64,000 nucleotides of DNA from the NCBI GenBank assembly GCA_964187785.1, contig OZ076409.1:91886001-91950000 (forward strand), in the 5' to 3' direction. Positions 52,945 to 64,000 of this stretch are shown here, piece after piece. The notes under the pieces are model-generated. The model ran no database searches. It worked only from the letters and a program-made list of their open reading frames with translations, and was not told where the DNA came from. How positions within the stretch are numbered: the stretch's first letter is position 1; each line of letters begins with the position of its first letter. A program made the translations under genes and the position numbers. Source of the stretch: Amphiscolops sp. MND2022 (lineage: Eukaryota).

Positions 52945-55900
52945 TCGCCGGCCCTGTTTTCTCTCTGAAAACAATCGTCCAATAGTGGCGCCAGCTTCAC
53001 GGCGGGTCGAACGAATATCCCATTTGAAGTCTGTATCTTTGCTGATCGAACCACTCCATCACTGCCCGGGAAGACATCCAAAACTCTAGCCATTTGATTT
53101 TTGCACCGCTTCACTGACTCATCAATGACCCACACCAGATCACCTACTTGGAGGGCTCGCACGTCATTGCTCCCCCATTTAGGTCGCACGTTCCATTGCG
53201 GCAGATAATCGCGAGCCCATCTTTTCCATATCATTTCATGATATGCTTGAGACGCTTTGTAGAGCTTTCGACAGTTCACGTATCTTGATGCATCCGGAAA
53301 TAATGGCTCCGAAATTGCAGGTCTGCCCAGTAGAAAGTGGTTAGGCGTTAATGCCTCCAGATCCTCAGGATCATCACTGACAGGTGTCAATGGTCTTGAA
53401 TTTAGCGTCTGTTCAACCAGACACATCGTTGTGGTGAGTACTGGTAAAGTCAAGCGTCGACTTCCCAAGATAGCAATCATAGACTTTTTGCAACTTCTCA
53501 CAAGTCGCTCCCATATACCACCGAAATGTGGCGCTCCGGGGGGATTGAATTGCCAAACTACGCGCTGTTTTGCAAGAATTTCCGAAATAGCATCCTGGTT
53601 CCATTCGCCGAAGCACTCTTTGAACTCCCGTGCAGCTCCAACGAAGTTAGTGCCATTGTCACTGATAATTTTCAATGGCTTGCCTCTCCTTGCCATGAAT
53701 CGCGTGATTGCCATCATGCACGCGTCTGTATCCAAGCCGTTCACGACTTCGATGTGAACTGCTCTAGTGACTAGACAAGTGAAGAGACAACACCAGTACT
53801 TGACTGTCTTCCTGAAGAATGTCACTTCGAAGGGTCCAAATTAGTCGACCCCTGTGTTGCTGAAAGGGTACACGTTCTGCTGCACTCGCTCCTTAGGCAA
53901 GTCTGCCATGTGAGGTTGAAACGGTTGTGAAGCAGCTTTCCGACATTGTACACAGCTGTACTTGATGCGTCTCAAAGCGTTTCTGAGTCCAGTTATCCAG
54001 TATTGTTGCTGGAGTATGTTTCTGACATGCTCAGTTCCTTCATGATGATTGTCCACGTGAGCTTGTCTCACGAGAAGGACAATCGCAGGGTGTTTAGCTG
54101 AAAGAAGAATTGGATGCTTCGTCTCATCAGGAAGCATTGACTTGTTCAGCCGTCCTTTCAGTCTAATTGTGCCCTGCTTGTCTAGAAATGGACACAATTT
54201 AGCCAAGTCATTCTTGGCAGGCTTTCCACTACTTTTGATGAGCTTTTCATACAGCTCAGGGTAGCTCTCCCGCTGTGAGAGTTGCAGGATCGTCAATTCT
54301 GCTGAATTCAGCTCATCGGGCATCAAGGGTCCTCTTCTTTTGTTTTTGATTCTTCGACAGTAGACAAGCATATTGAGTAATCGCTTGAATTGGCTGAATC
54401 TAGTCCAATCAAGAATACTCTCTCTGGAAGCTATAGTCCATGTTTGTTCGTCCTCGTGTTCGACTAACTGCTGCTCTGGCCAGTTCTCCGGTTCATCTTT
54501 CAACCAGGCCGGCCCGTGTAGCCACTCACTTTCTCGCAACTGCTCAAGAGTGACACCTCGAGTTCCAATATCCGCAGGGTTCATGGAGCCTTTCACATGT
54601 CGCCACTCGTCTACAGTTGATTGATCAAGTATTTCCCCGACTCTATTAGCGACGAACACCTGTTGTTTCTTATGTGCTGCATGAAGCCACCTCAGCACTG
54701 TCATTGAATCCGTCCAATGGGTCACTGAATCCATTTTGATGTCGTGTTCCTTCTCTATCAGCTGCCTAAGTCTCACCGAGTACAATGCTGCTTGCAGCTC
54801 CAGCTTGGGTATAGTTTGTTGTTTCATTGGGGCTATTCGGCACTTTCCCGTCACGAATGAAACTTCTGTTCCGCTTGGTGTAAGAGCCCTTATGTACGCA
54901 ACAATGCACATGGATTCCAAAGAGGCGTCTGAAAAGATGTGCAAGTCCACTTTATCAAACTGGCTCATGAAGTATCTGCGTCTCAGTGGAGAACTTGGCA
55001 ATTGATTCAACTCGTTAGCCCATGTTAGGAAAACTGTCTGATCATCAATGTCAATTTCTTGATCCCATTGTTGACCTGTCTTCGCCCAGATCGTCTTCAG
55101 CAACATCCTCATTCTCATTGTGAATGGTGCAAATAGTCCAAGTGGGTCGAAGACAGAGGCTACGAAAGAGAGTACTGCTCTCTGAGTGATTTTCACTGGC
55201 ACTTCTTTGTCAGCTCCACGGCAAACTTCAAGTTCGTCTGCTTCTACTTTCCATTGAAGTCCCAAAAGCGAAGAGGTATGCGGCTCTGCCTCAAAGGTCT
55301 TATTGACTGCGTCTGATCGATCTTTTTCAGGTATCGAATTACATACAGCTTCACTGTTGCAGATCCATTTCAACAAGTTAAAACCTCCGAGCCTCAATGT
55401 CTCTCTCACGTCTTGGTACACAAAACGTGCTTCTTCTTCAGTCTCTACTGATTTTGCAAAGTCGTCCATGTAGAAGTTCCTTTGGATGATTTTTGCCGCC
55501 ATGGGGTGGTCCTTTTCGTTGTCCTTCGCATTTCTCTGCAGCGCAAAATTAGCACAAGTTGGGCTACTCTTTGCTCCAAAAATATGCCGGGTGTATTCAT
55601 ACACGGAGATCGGATCACTCGGGTTATTCCTCCATAAGAAACGTAACACCTTGCAGTCTTGCGGTGGCACTTTAACTTGCAAGAACATCGCTTCTATGTC
55701 AGCTGTAAGGGCAATTGGATGCTCCCGGAACCTGAAGATGATTCCCACCAAGTTTTGAAGGAGGTCAGGTCCCGTGAGAAGCATATCGTTCAGAGAAGTT
55801 CCTCGAAATTTCGCTGCAGCATTGCAAACCCTTCGGACTTTCTCTGGTTTGTGAGGGTTTATCACGGGATGGTGAGGCACGTACCACTGAGTCTCATCCT

Positions 55901-58900
55901 TCGTTTCTCCAAGTTCTTCTTCATCCAGTTTCCTGACATATTCATTCTCCAGATCTACTTTAATTGTGTCTCGATATCTAGCTTTCAATGAAAGATCCTT
56001 TTCCAAGCGTCTTTCCAAAGAGCAAAATTGTGAATGCGCTGAGAAGTAGTTGTTTTCGATCTTCGGGTTATCTTCTGCCCATGGTAGGCCGACTTCATAT
56101 CTACCATCGACCAATTTAGTTGTTTGTTCCAACTGCGCCAAAGCTCTTTTATCGTCCTTTGACCGTCCGCTGACGTTCACCCTCGTCGCGTATGATTCCA
56201 TACTGAACCAGGACTTTAGCTGTACGCTCAGTTCACTATCTTCTGATGCCAGATGACTCGTAGCTGATGCAACATTGGCCACTTCATGTTTCGGAAGCGG
56301 GCCACTGAGCGTCCATCCCAGTTTATTTCTGACCGCCCATGGTTCATTTTTGTGTCCCTTCTTGTATTCCACTGGATAGAGCAAATGGTAGTTATCTTGC
56401 CCAAGAACCACCTTGACTTTGCTCAAATCGAACACTGCATTTGGTAGGACATCTAGATGTTTGTATTTCTGTTTGATAGAGTGATAATCGTAAGACTTGT
56501 TCCCCAGAAACATGCTTGGATGCACATGAAACAAAACAGTTTCTCGAGCTGTAGGAGTTGTGATTTCCAATTTCACTTTCTCGCTTTGCATTTGTTTCGT
56601 GCCATTGATCCCTGCAATGTTGAGAGTCAAGCCAGTACCTTGTGCTTGAAGTTCTTTCTTCAGTGTTGCGTCAACGAAGGATAGCGTAGAACCCGTGTCA
56701 CAAATAGCCAAAGTGTCACACGATTTGTTTCCATGTGACAATCTCAAAGCCACAATCTGCAGGCTCCCACTGCATGAGTTCGCGATGGCTACTGGATTCG
56801 GTTGCTCACCATCCGCTCCTTTCGATTCCATTTTACTGCTATCTGGTTTCTCTTCACTGTGCAACAGGCGATTGTGGTGTTTACCGCACCCATTCTTGCC
56901 ACAAAGTCTGTTGCTTTTGCATTGTCCAATGCGATGACCGGAACTGAGACAAGAAAAGCACAAGTTGTATTTCTTCACCGTTTCGTATCGTTCAGCTAGT
57001 TTCATATTTTTGAACAATTCACATTGCCACAACTTGTGTTCCCCGTCTTTCAATGGACACGAGGGTTTGCCTTTGGTGGAGGAGTCCGTCGAAGCAGCAA
57101 AACTGGTTGTCTTCGGTTTGTCTTTGTTTGTTGTTGATTTCGTCTTGTCACCTGCATTTCCGAACTGTAAGCGGATGTTCTCTTGTACCTGAGCAATGTT
57201 TTTCAACCAGGCGCTGAACACCCTCAAGCTCTTGTATGTCGGGTCGAATCGTTGCAGGTGAGAGAGCCATTTATTTTTGAGCTCGATTGGTAGTTTCCTT
57301 ACTGCACTGTTAAGCACTGACTCCGAAGCAATGTCACTTTCATACCCATACTGAGTGAGGACATTGACACATCCAGAAACCACTTGCGAATACTTTATGA
57401 TGTCCACTGAATCGTGAGATTTGATGAATCCGTAAGAGTGGATCCTCTTCAGTTGTGCATTGACAACAAGTTCTGGTCGACCGAAATCTTGCTCAAGTGT
57501 TTGCCAAGCCACTTGATACATGCCACCAGAGTAGCCCATGCCGTCTATTGATGATTTCGCTCTTCCCGTTACAAGAGTTTTCAAGTAGTTCATCTTGACA
57601 CTGTCCGGTACTCCAGCTTGATCCACAGTTGCTAGAAACTGCCCAGACCACTCAGGCCACTCGAGAGGATCTCCAGCGAACTTGTCCAAAACCAGTTTCG
57701 GTAGTTTCATTGGTGACATTACTGCTGGGAGAGCTCCGAATGATGTTGTTGCCAACGGTTGATTACGTTGCCATTGTTTTAATGGGCTGTTGCTCGCAGC
57801 GGGCGTTGAGATTGTCTGAGGTACAAACATCTTCTCGGGGTTGAACTTAATTGTGTTCCTTTTGACGTCTGTTTGTTTTCCGGGCAACGATGGGTCCTTT
57901 GAAACATACTCTTGGTCGTCATTGAAGTCGTATGATGTGCCTTGTTCTTCACTCTTCACATATAGTTTCGGTTGTCTTTGGTCCTCGTTCGAGTGATTGA
58001 AAAGGTTCCTCGACGACTCCAACCAATCTTTTGTAGTCGCGGCTTTCTCAGTCTCAGAATGATCCATGCTGCAAATGCTAGATCTCGATGATGCTCGCTC
58101 CATTATTTCCAACTTCTTCATTTTCAGATGAAGCTGTTTCTTGCGGGTCATCTCTTCCAATTCTAGTTCCTCCTTTGCTGTTGCCAATTCCATCTCTCTC
58201 TTCTTCTGCTCCAGTTCTATTTCCAGCTCGCGTTGCTTCCGTTTGAACTCAATCTCCTGCTGCTTCTTTCTGATCTCAGCTTCTGTTTGTTCTTCGAAGA
58301 TTTGTGCTTCAAGTTCCACACGTCTCCGAGACGATCGAGACGACGGAATTGATCCCAATAGCTTTCTAGCGCTGCCCATGATATCCTCTGGCTCTTCTGT
58401 GATCGGGAATGCCTTTTGAGGGGATACAACGCTGACTTCAGCTGCCCCTACATTAGGGTTGCTATCCTCTGCAGGAGCGTCCGCTGCTGAAGTTCCTCCA
58501 ATGGCTCCTGCATTTCCTTGCCCGGCAACGGGCTCAGCGTCTTCATTTTCATTGTCTGACAGAATCATTGTTGTCTCCACATTTTGGATGCGTTCTTCGC
58601 CTTCCCTCGATGCCACCGGTAAGTCGAAATTTTGATGAACCATTTGACTTTGTTCATCTCTGGCATTTTGCTCCTCGCGTTCGTTCAAGTAGCTCAGCCA
58701 GCCAAGTAGATCTTTCTCCTGCGCACGCTCATCAGCTTCCTCAATTTGTAAAGTGAGCAAAAGAGGTTTGATGAGTCGCCGCTTCTGCTGTTGAAGCTTT
58801 CTATGTTCCTCTAGTCTATGAGTAAACCGTTGAAGGAGTTGACGTATCTTTGACACTCTGTCCTTTTGTCCGATCAAAGCATTTATCTCTCGTTTCAACT

Positions 58901-59387
58901 CCGCTTGGGATTGAAGAATGTCTCGTTGTTTGTCTTCCAACTTCCCATATTCCACAATAGATGCTTTGGTTATGAGGAGCTCTGATTTCTTGACAATCCA
59001 TTTGAGGGCAGCGTTGTTTGTCGTCCATAGCTCCACTGCTTTGTCCAATCCAAAAAGAATTCGTTTTTGATGAGCTAAAAGCTCTTCAAGTGTCTTTGTT
59101 TTCAACATTGATGTGATCGAGGTCACCAAGTCCATGAACTTCTGCTTTTCAGTAGAGAATTCACTGTAGAATTTCCCCAAGACGACGAGTTTGGTATCTG
59201 GAGTCCAGTCAGTTTTCTTGCTGAATTGATCTGTTGAGACAATCACATTCAAGTTTTTGAAGCTATTATCTAGGGCCTCAACGCCAGCTTTCCATTTGGC
59301 AAGATCACCTGACTTCTTCAGGTCCTTCAACCTTTTGTCGTCCTTGAACCATGTTATATCGAGCTCCGGTATTACGTTCGAAGCCAT
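52926..59387 (-). CDS. BEL/Pao gag-pol polyprotein interrupted by one in-frame TAA at 53841-53843
   Basis: ATG at 59387 (MASNVIPELD). Coiled-coil N-terminus, gag (F.GDPLEWPEW), triple Cys/His knuckles, protease (CDTGS), RT (YMDD), RNase H (FSDAS), HHCC and integrase (GVD*FGPF, SDNGTNF, WERLV). The final stop lies inside the 3' LTR. Confidence 0.93.
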
Positions 59388-59448
59388 CTTCTTTCTCGAT
59401 TTCCAATCCAATTTCCGAATCAAATAGTGTCCGGGTCGGCGGACCAAA

Positions 59449-60504
59449 TGTAACGGCCGCTCAAATCTTACAGCGGAATTGAGCTTTCTGCCGGTCCCTG
59501 ATCCTTCCCGCTTCTTCGGCCAAAAGCAGGAACAAACTTTCTAAAGGACTGTATCTGTTCAATGAGTTCTCAGCTGCTAGCGGCTTCGTGCTCCTCAACA
59601 CCAGACTCTTCAGGCTAAGCAACACTTCGATCCCAATCCCTCTTTTGACTGGAAATCTGCTTCACCTCTTGTTGTCCGGAGGTCGTACGCTCAACCACAG
59701 CAACTGATCGTCCTCAACGGATTGTTTCCACCCAAGCCTCCAAAGAGGGTTGTCGTTTCAATTGAATAGCTCTTACGATGAGCTTTTAATCTCGCTACTA
59801 CGATGAGCGATAATAGAACGCTTTCCTAGATCTTAGACCTACTACGCCTAATGAAGCTATTTCAAGAGTACCTTTCTGATTGATTTGGACTCCTAAAACA
59901 GCTGATCGTTTATTTTTTCGATCGTTGAGTAGTGCAATGCTACCCTCCCAGTCACAACCTGTCTAAACCGGAACCGGGGTAGCTACTCAACAGCTGTCAA
60001 AGACATTTAAGTTTCAAGAATATTTTAATTAGCGTTCTGAATATGGTATCAAAATTGGTCAAATTTATACTCTACTCAGCGGATGTACAGTTGATAACCT
60101 TTAAAATCACAGGATATTCAAATAACAAAGTTACATAAAATCACTTTTTCCATCACGTTTTCGGACCTCTCACACCTCCAATTTGGAAATTCCTTCCAAA
60201 ATTTTCCATAAAGAGGTAAATCTATCAATGAAACTGCAATATGAACGGCAATTTGACCGATAGGTTGGATAGATAACATTTGCCTCAAATCACGCCACCG
60301 TTCTCGTTCGAATAGAATCAAAGTACAATGAACTTTGGGACAAACATTAAGCGCCATTACCAAATTGATCATTTGACTTCAACTAATCACAACAGCACAG
60401 GTTAGTTAATTACGCCTTTGAGTTTCGAGTGTTTTACAAAGTTTTGTAACTCAAGATTTCCAGCTAATATGTTCAAGTTGGTTTCTCAATCTCTGGCGCC
60501 AACA
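59449..60504 (-). repeat. 5' LTR of BEL/Pao element 2
   Basis: Direct repeat of 51889-52944. Confidence 0.97.
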
Positions 60505-61505
60505 GCCGTGATACTTCATGAAGCTATGCCTTGACCCTTACTGGTACTGGGGATTCACGAGGCGATTTCAAGCTTCGCTTTTGATCAAAATTTCGCATTT
60601 TAAATAAGAATCAAAAATATGATTTGCAGTTTGACGTGAGAAAAAATGGAAGATCGTGAGTACCAAAATTGCAATATGCCGAATTACGTCCCCAAATTTC
60701 TAGATGCTGATACTAATTTTGAAAATGAGTTTTAAATGACCTTAGGCCGGGTAAAGGCCCAAGTCGGTGCCCCGCTTAAGGCTCAGTAGAGCAAAGTCTC
60801 AAATATGCTCAAGGACAATTTTCGATGAAACTCTCTTCCATCTAATAGTATCAAAAAATCAATGGAGAAGTCCCCCTGAATACTCGAATAACGCTGTTCC
60901 TTAGCTGAAAACTTCAAAAATCTCAAACTCGCAAAAAAAGTTTTCCGAAGTTTCTTTTGAAAAATTTCACTCTACAAAAAATTCGCTTAGTGCAAAAAAC
61001 CCAGAGGGGAAAGCCTTTACGCTCGAAATGTCCTTTGCTAAGTGAAAACAGGAAAAACCAAAGAGGGACGCTTTAGTGAAATGAATTTCTTCGAAGTCGC
61101 ATTGTGTCCTTTGATCATGTGTCGTTTTGCAAATTCAGAAAAACTTGTACAACAGCGCGGGATTTGAGCCCCCGATCTCCTGCTCTCCAGTTTCGCATAC
61201 TTACTACTGATATTGAATTTTTTTCGGCAGTAGAGCTTAACTTGAACAAAGTCCTTGAGGGCAGAAATAGTTTTGAAACATCATTTTAAAACTTTTTCTG
61301 AATTTGGTTCCTTAGGGCAGGATCGTTGACGAGCCCGATGGGCTTTTTCTGTCCAGATTGATTTCTTTGTTTCAATTTGTATGTATTTCGGTATTTATGT
61401 AATGATTCCAATGAAATGAACTTTTCTGTCAAGCATCGTGATCTACAAACGAAATTATGAAATTGGACGTTTCGGGTTGAGCAGATAGTCGCTTTAAGAG
61501 TCTGC

Positions 61506-61884
61506 TTTTTTAGTCGGCGTTTTCGAAGAAAATCCCGACTCTTACAGTGGCTAGTTTTTTTTCGTCAGTTCAACGCGTAACGTCCACTTTTTGTGCATTA
61601 ATCCAATTAATGCACATTTACCAACTTTTACCATATGTACTTAGTACTTCATTTTCAACGCATCCAAAGCGTCTAACATGAGATAAAAAGCGTCCCCCCT
61701 TTTACATTTTTCGGCACTATGCGACTTACCGGAAACTTCGAAAAAAAATTTCAAAAAAATCGGATTTTTTTTCTCAATTTTTAGTTTTTTGAGAGCTTTT
61801 GTTGTCTCCAGTTGTAGAAAAAGTGGTTTTCGAGTCTTTTTGAGCCTTAGATATGGCGCCGACTTGGGCCGTTCCCGGCTTGTT
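61506..61884 (+). mobile_element. HINE/DINE-1-like element, complete short copy
   Basis: TTTTTTAGTCGGCGTTTTCGAAGAAAATCCCGACT 5' hairpin ... GGCGCCGACTTGGGCCGTTCCCGGCTTGTT 3' end. Confidence 0.82.
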
Positions 61885-62321
61885 GTGAAAAGTACCGACT
61901 AAAACGAGCGTGTAGCTCGGAAATGAATACTCGAAATAGCTCAAAAATAATTTTCAGCTTGACGTAACAAAATTTCAATCACCTCGAAAAACGAGAAAGT
62001 AAATTTGAAAGCCACTTAAACGTTTTCCAATGCAAAATTCATGAGTGGTTTTGAGATATTGCCAACAAAAAAGCATATACAGTACTGCTACAGGACATGC
62101 AAAACCTTGGAATATATATTGGAGATTTCGGAAGATCTGAGCAAACACGCGAGGAAGAACTTCATTGAATCAGGCTAGTTTCGACGGTTAGACTCATGAA
62201 TCCATGTCTAACTGAATTGAATGTAAACGCTGCTTTTCAAATTACATGCGCGAGATATTTCAGTAAACTTCCGGAACTGCTCTAATTCTCATCCCTTCAC
62301 ATTATTAGTAGAACATCAGAA

Positions 62322-63046
62322 AACAAGCCGAGAACGGCCAAAGTCGGCACTATATCTAAGGCTCAAAAAGTGCAAAATTTTCAAAATATGCTCATGACGT
62401 TTTTTTATGAAAGACTCACAGAAAAGTTTCACCCAAAGGAAGCCTTCCGTGCTGAGAAAACGCTTCAGAAGTTCGAATATAGCGGCTGGGACAAATGCGA
62501 GCACTTGTTTTCGAACCTCCGCCTCCTCCTCAGTGAAACGGAATATACTTCGGAAATAACGTCAAAAATTCGGATATAGCGCTTTACTCCGGATATTACG
62601 TTCAAATTTCGGATAGTATTGAAAAAATATTGGTGGATATGTATTGAGAAAACCTAATGTCAGATGAAAAATGACAATTTTGAACAGTCTCATAGTGCCG
62701 AAAAATCTGAAAGGGGGGACCCTTTGGGATTTTCAAACATCTATTATGTTTCAAAATATCAAAAAAATTGAAGGGGGACACTTTGGTACAATCAAAAAAT
62801 TTTCAAAAAAAGTCTCATAGTGCCGAAAAAAATCCAAGTTAAAAACACCCAGATAGCCAAAGTGGGGATCCTTAGTTTTTTCAAGGTTCTGGACGTCGGT
62901 TTTATAATTTTGGATGAGGTTCTAAGGTTTGCGGTATGTTTTGGTCAAACTGAACAAATGAACAAAAAAGTGGACCTTACGCGACTAAAAAAACTACCCA
63001 CTGTAAGAATCGGGCACATTTTCTACTAAAATGCGCTGACTAAAAA
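62322..63046 (-). mobile_element. HINE/DINE-1-like element
   Basis: AACAAGCCGAGAACGGCCAAAGTCGGCAC start and GCGCTGACTAAAAA end; internal TTCGGATAT repeats shared with 24190-24350. Confidence 0.75.
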
Positions 63047-63793
63047 CAGCCGCGTCTGCGGCAAAGGAGTCGGAAACGGTTGAGAAAATCGAAAAACGTC
63101 CAAAAATGGCTGTTTTTTAAAACCATTTTTGGGCTCATCTTGGCTAGTTTCCCCGATTCCAGTCATACAATTTTGATGCCATTGCGCACTTAGGACCACT
63201 TTTGGGTCTAAAATGACTGCAAAACTTTTATAAAAACCGTACGGAGTTTTTGAGAAATTTTCATTGAAAGGTAGGGAGAAAAAGGTACGATTGCATAAGT
63301 AGTCGAAAATTTTTTCTGACTCCTAAAAAAACGGATTCAGAAACGTCAGAGGTTCTTAAATGCATCCAAACAAAATAGTCCACATTTTTGTTCACAAACA
63401 AAACATTTTCAAACAGCAAAATAAAGGCACATCACAGGCTACAAAAAAGCAATGAGAAGCGGCAATATGATTCATATGATTTTAAAAATACTGTCAGACA
63501 CACTCAAACTAAATCATTGAACGGAAGTATGTCGTATCATAAAACAAAACAAAACTGAGTAGAAAACAGGAAGTTCGAAATAGCAATTAAAACTACCAGA
63601 AGTTACATGAAAAGGTTCACATAAATAATCTCCATATTTGAGGAAAATGTACTTTAAAGGGAGGAAACTAACACGATTTCATGACTATCAAAAACTTTGA
63701 ACACGATTCAAAATACTTTTTCATCAGGATTTTTGGGAAACAGAAAAACTAGGTTTGGTAATGAGTGTAGGTAGAGACGAAACAAACACTAAC

Positions 63794-63847
63794 CTTTGTT
63801 AAGCTGGAAGCATTTAACTTATTCTTGTCGACTATTTTGACAGCAAC
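63794..63847 (-). CDS. MARK: MARK/Par-1 kinase exon (subdomain II, catalytic Lys): VAVKIVDKNKLNASSLTK
   Basis: ttttag|GTT...AAG|gttagt; 54 nt, phase 0-0. Matches the MARK motif VAVKIIDKTQLNSSSLQK. Not in the ORF track. Confidence 0.93.
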
Positions 63848-64000
63848 CTAAAACACAGAAAACACACCTTTAGATGCACAAATAATTTAAAATCTAGATT
63901 ATACATACTAAAAAGTACTGCTACGCAGCTGATCCATAATAAAAAGTGAGGTTAATGTAAGTTGCAACATACTTGCAATAAATTTTCATTCCTGCAAATT

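Larger units (their letters stand above)
51889..60504 (-). mobile_element. BEL/Pao LTR retrotransposon 2 (full length, very recent)
   Basis: 1056-bp TGT..ACA LTRs with no mismatch seen and 5-bp TSD GCCGT. PBS TGGTCCGCCGACCCGGA (tRNA-Tyr-like) and PPT-like AGGGCCGGCGA; single gag-pol frame. Confidence 0.98.

Noticed and set aside
53841..53843. Alternative genetic code (TAA = Tyr)
   Set aside because: Single instance; TAA ends the hAT and BEL element 1 frames at their natural termini, and no host exon needs recoding.

Overview
AT-rich animal genomic DNA. The whole 64 kb lies inside one minus-strand MARK/Par-1 Ser/Thr kinase gene; its start exon(s) and C-terminal KA1 exon(s) are outside the window. 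I traced 16 GT-AG exons by hand: five kinase-domain exons, a UBA exon and ten Ser/Gly-rich spacer exons. Three more candidate cassette or micro-exons were found. After the donor at 25612, every traced exon is a symmetric phase-2 exon. The introns hold two full-length BEL/Pao LTR retrotransposons with 5-bp TSDs, one decayed and one very young with apparently identical 1056-bp LTRs and a single TAA in integrase. They also hold an internally deleted hAT element, a truncated Tc1 (DD34E) element, a decayed LINE RT fragment, several MITE families with TSDs, more than 10 copies of a DINE-1/HINE-like non-autonomous Helentron family, and two recent local duplications. I found no convincing wholly new system. 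The strongest leads are the modular phase-2 exon array, one kinase exon with anomalously high GC3, and the Helentron-like family.
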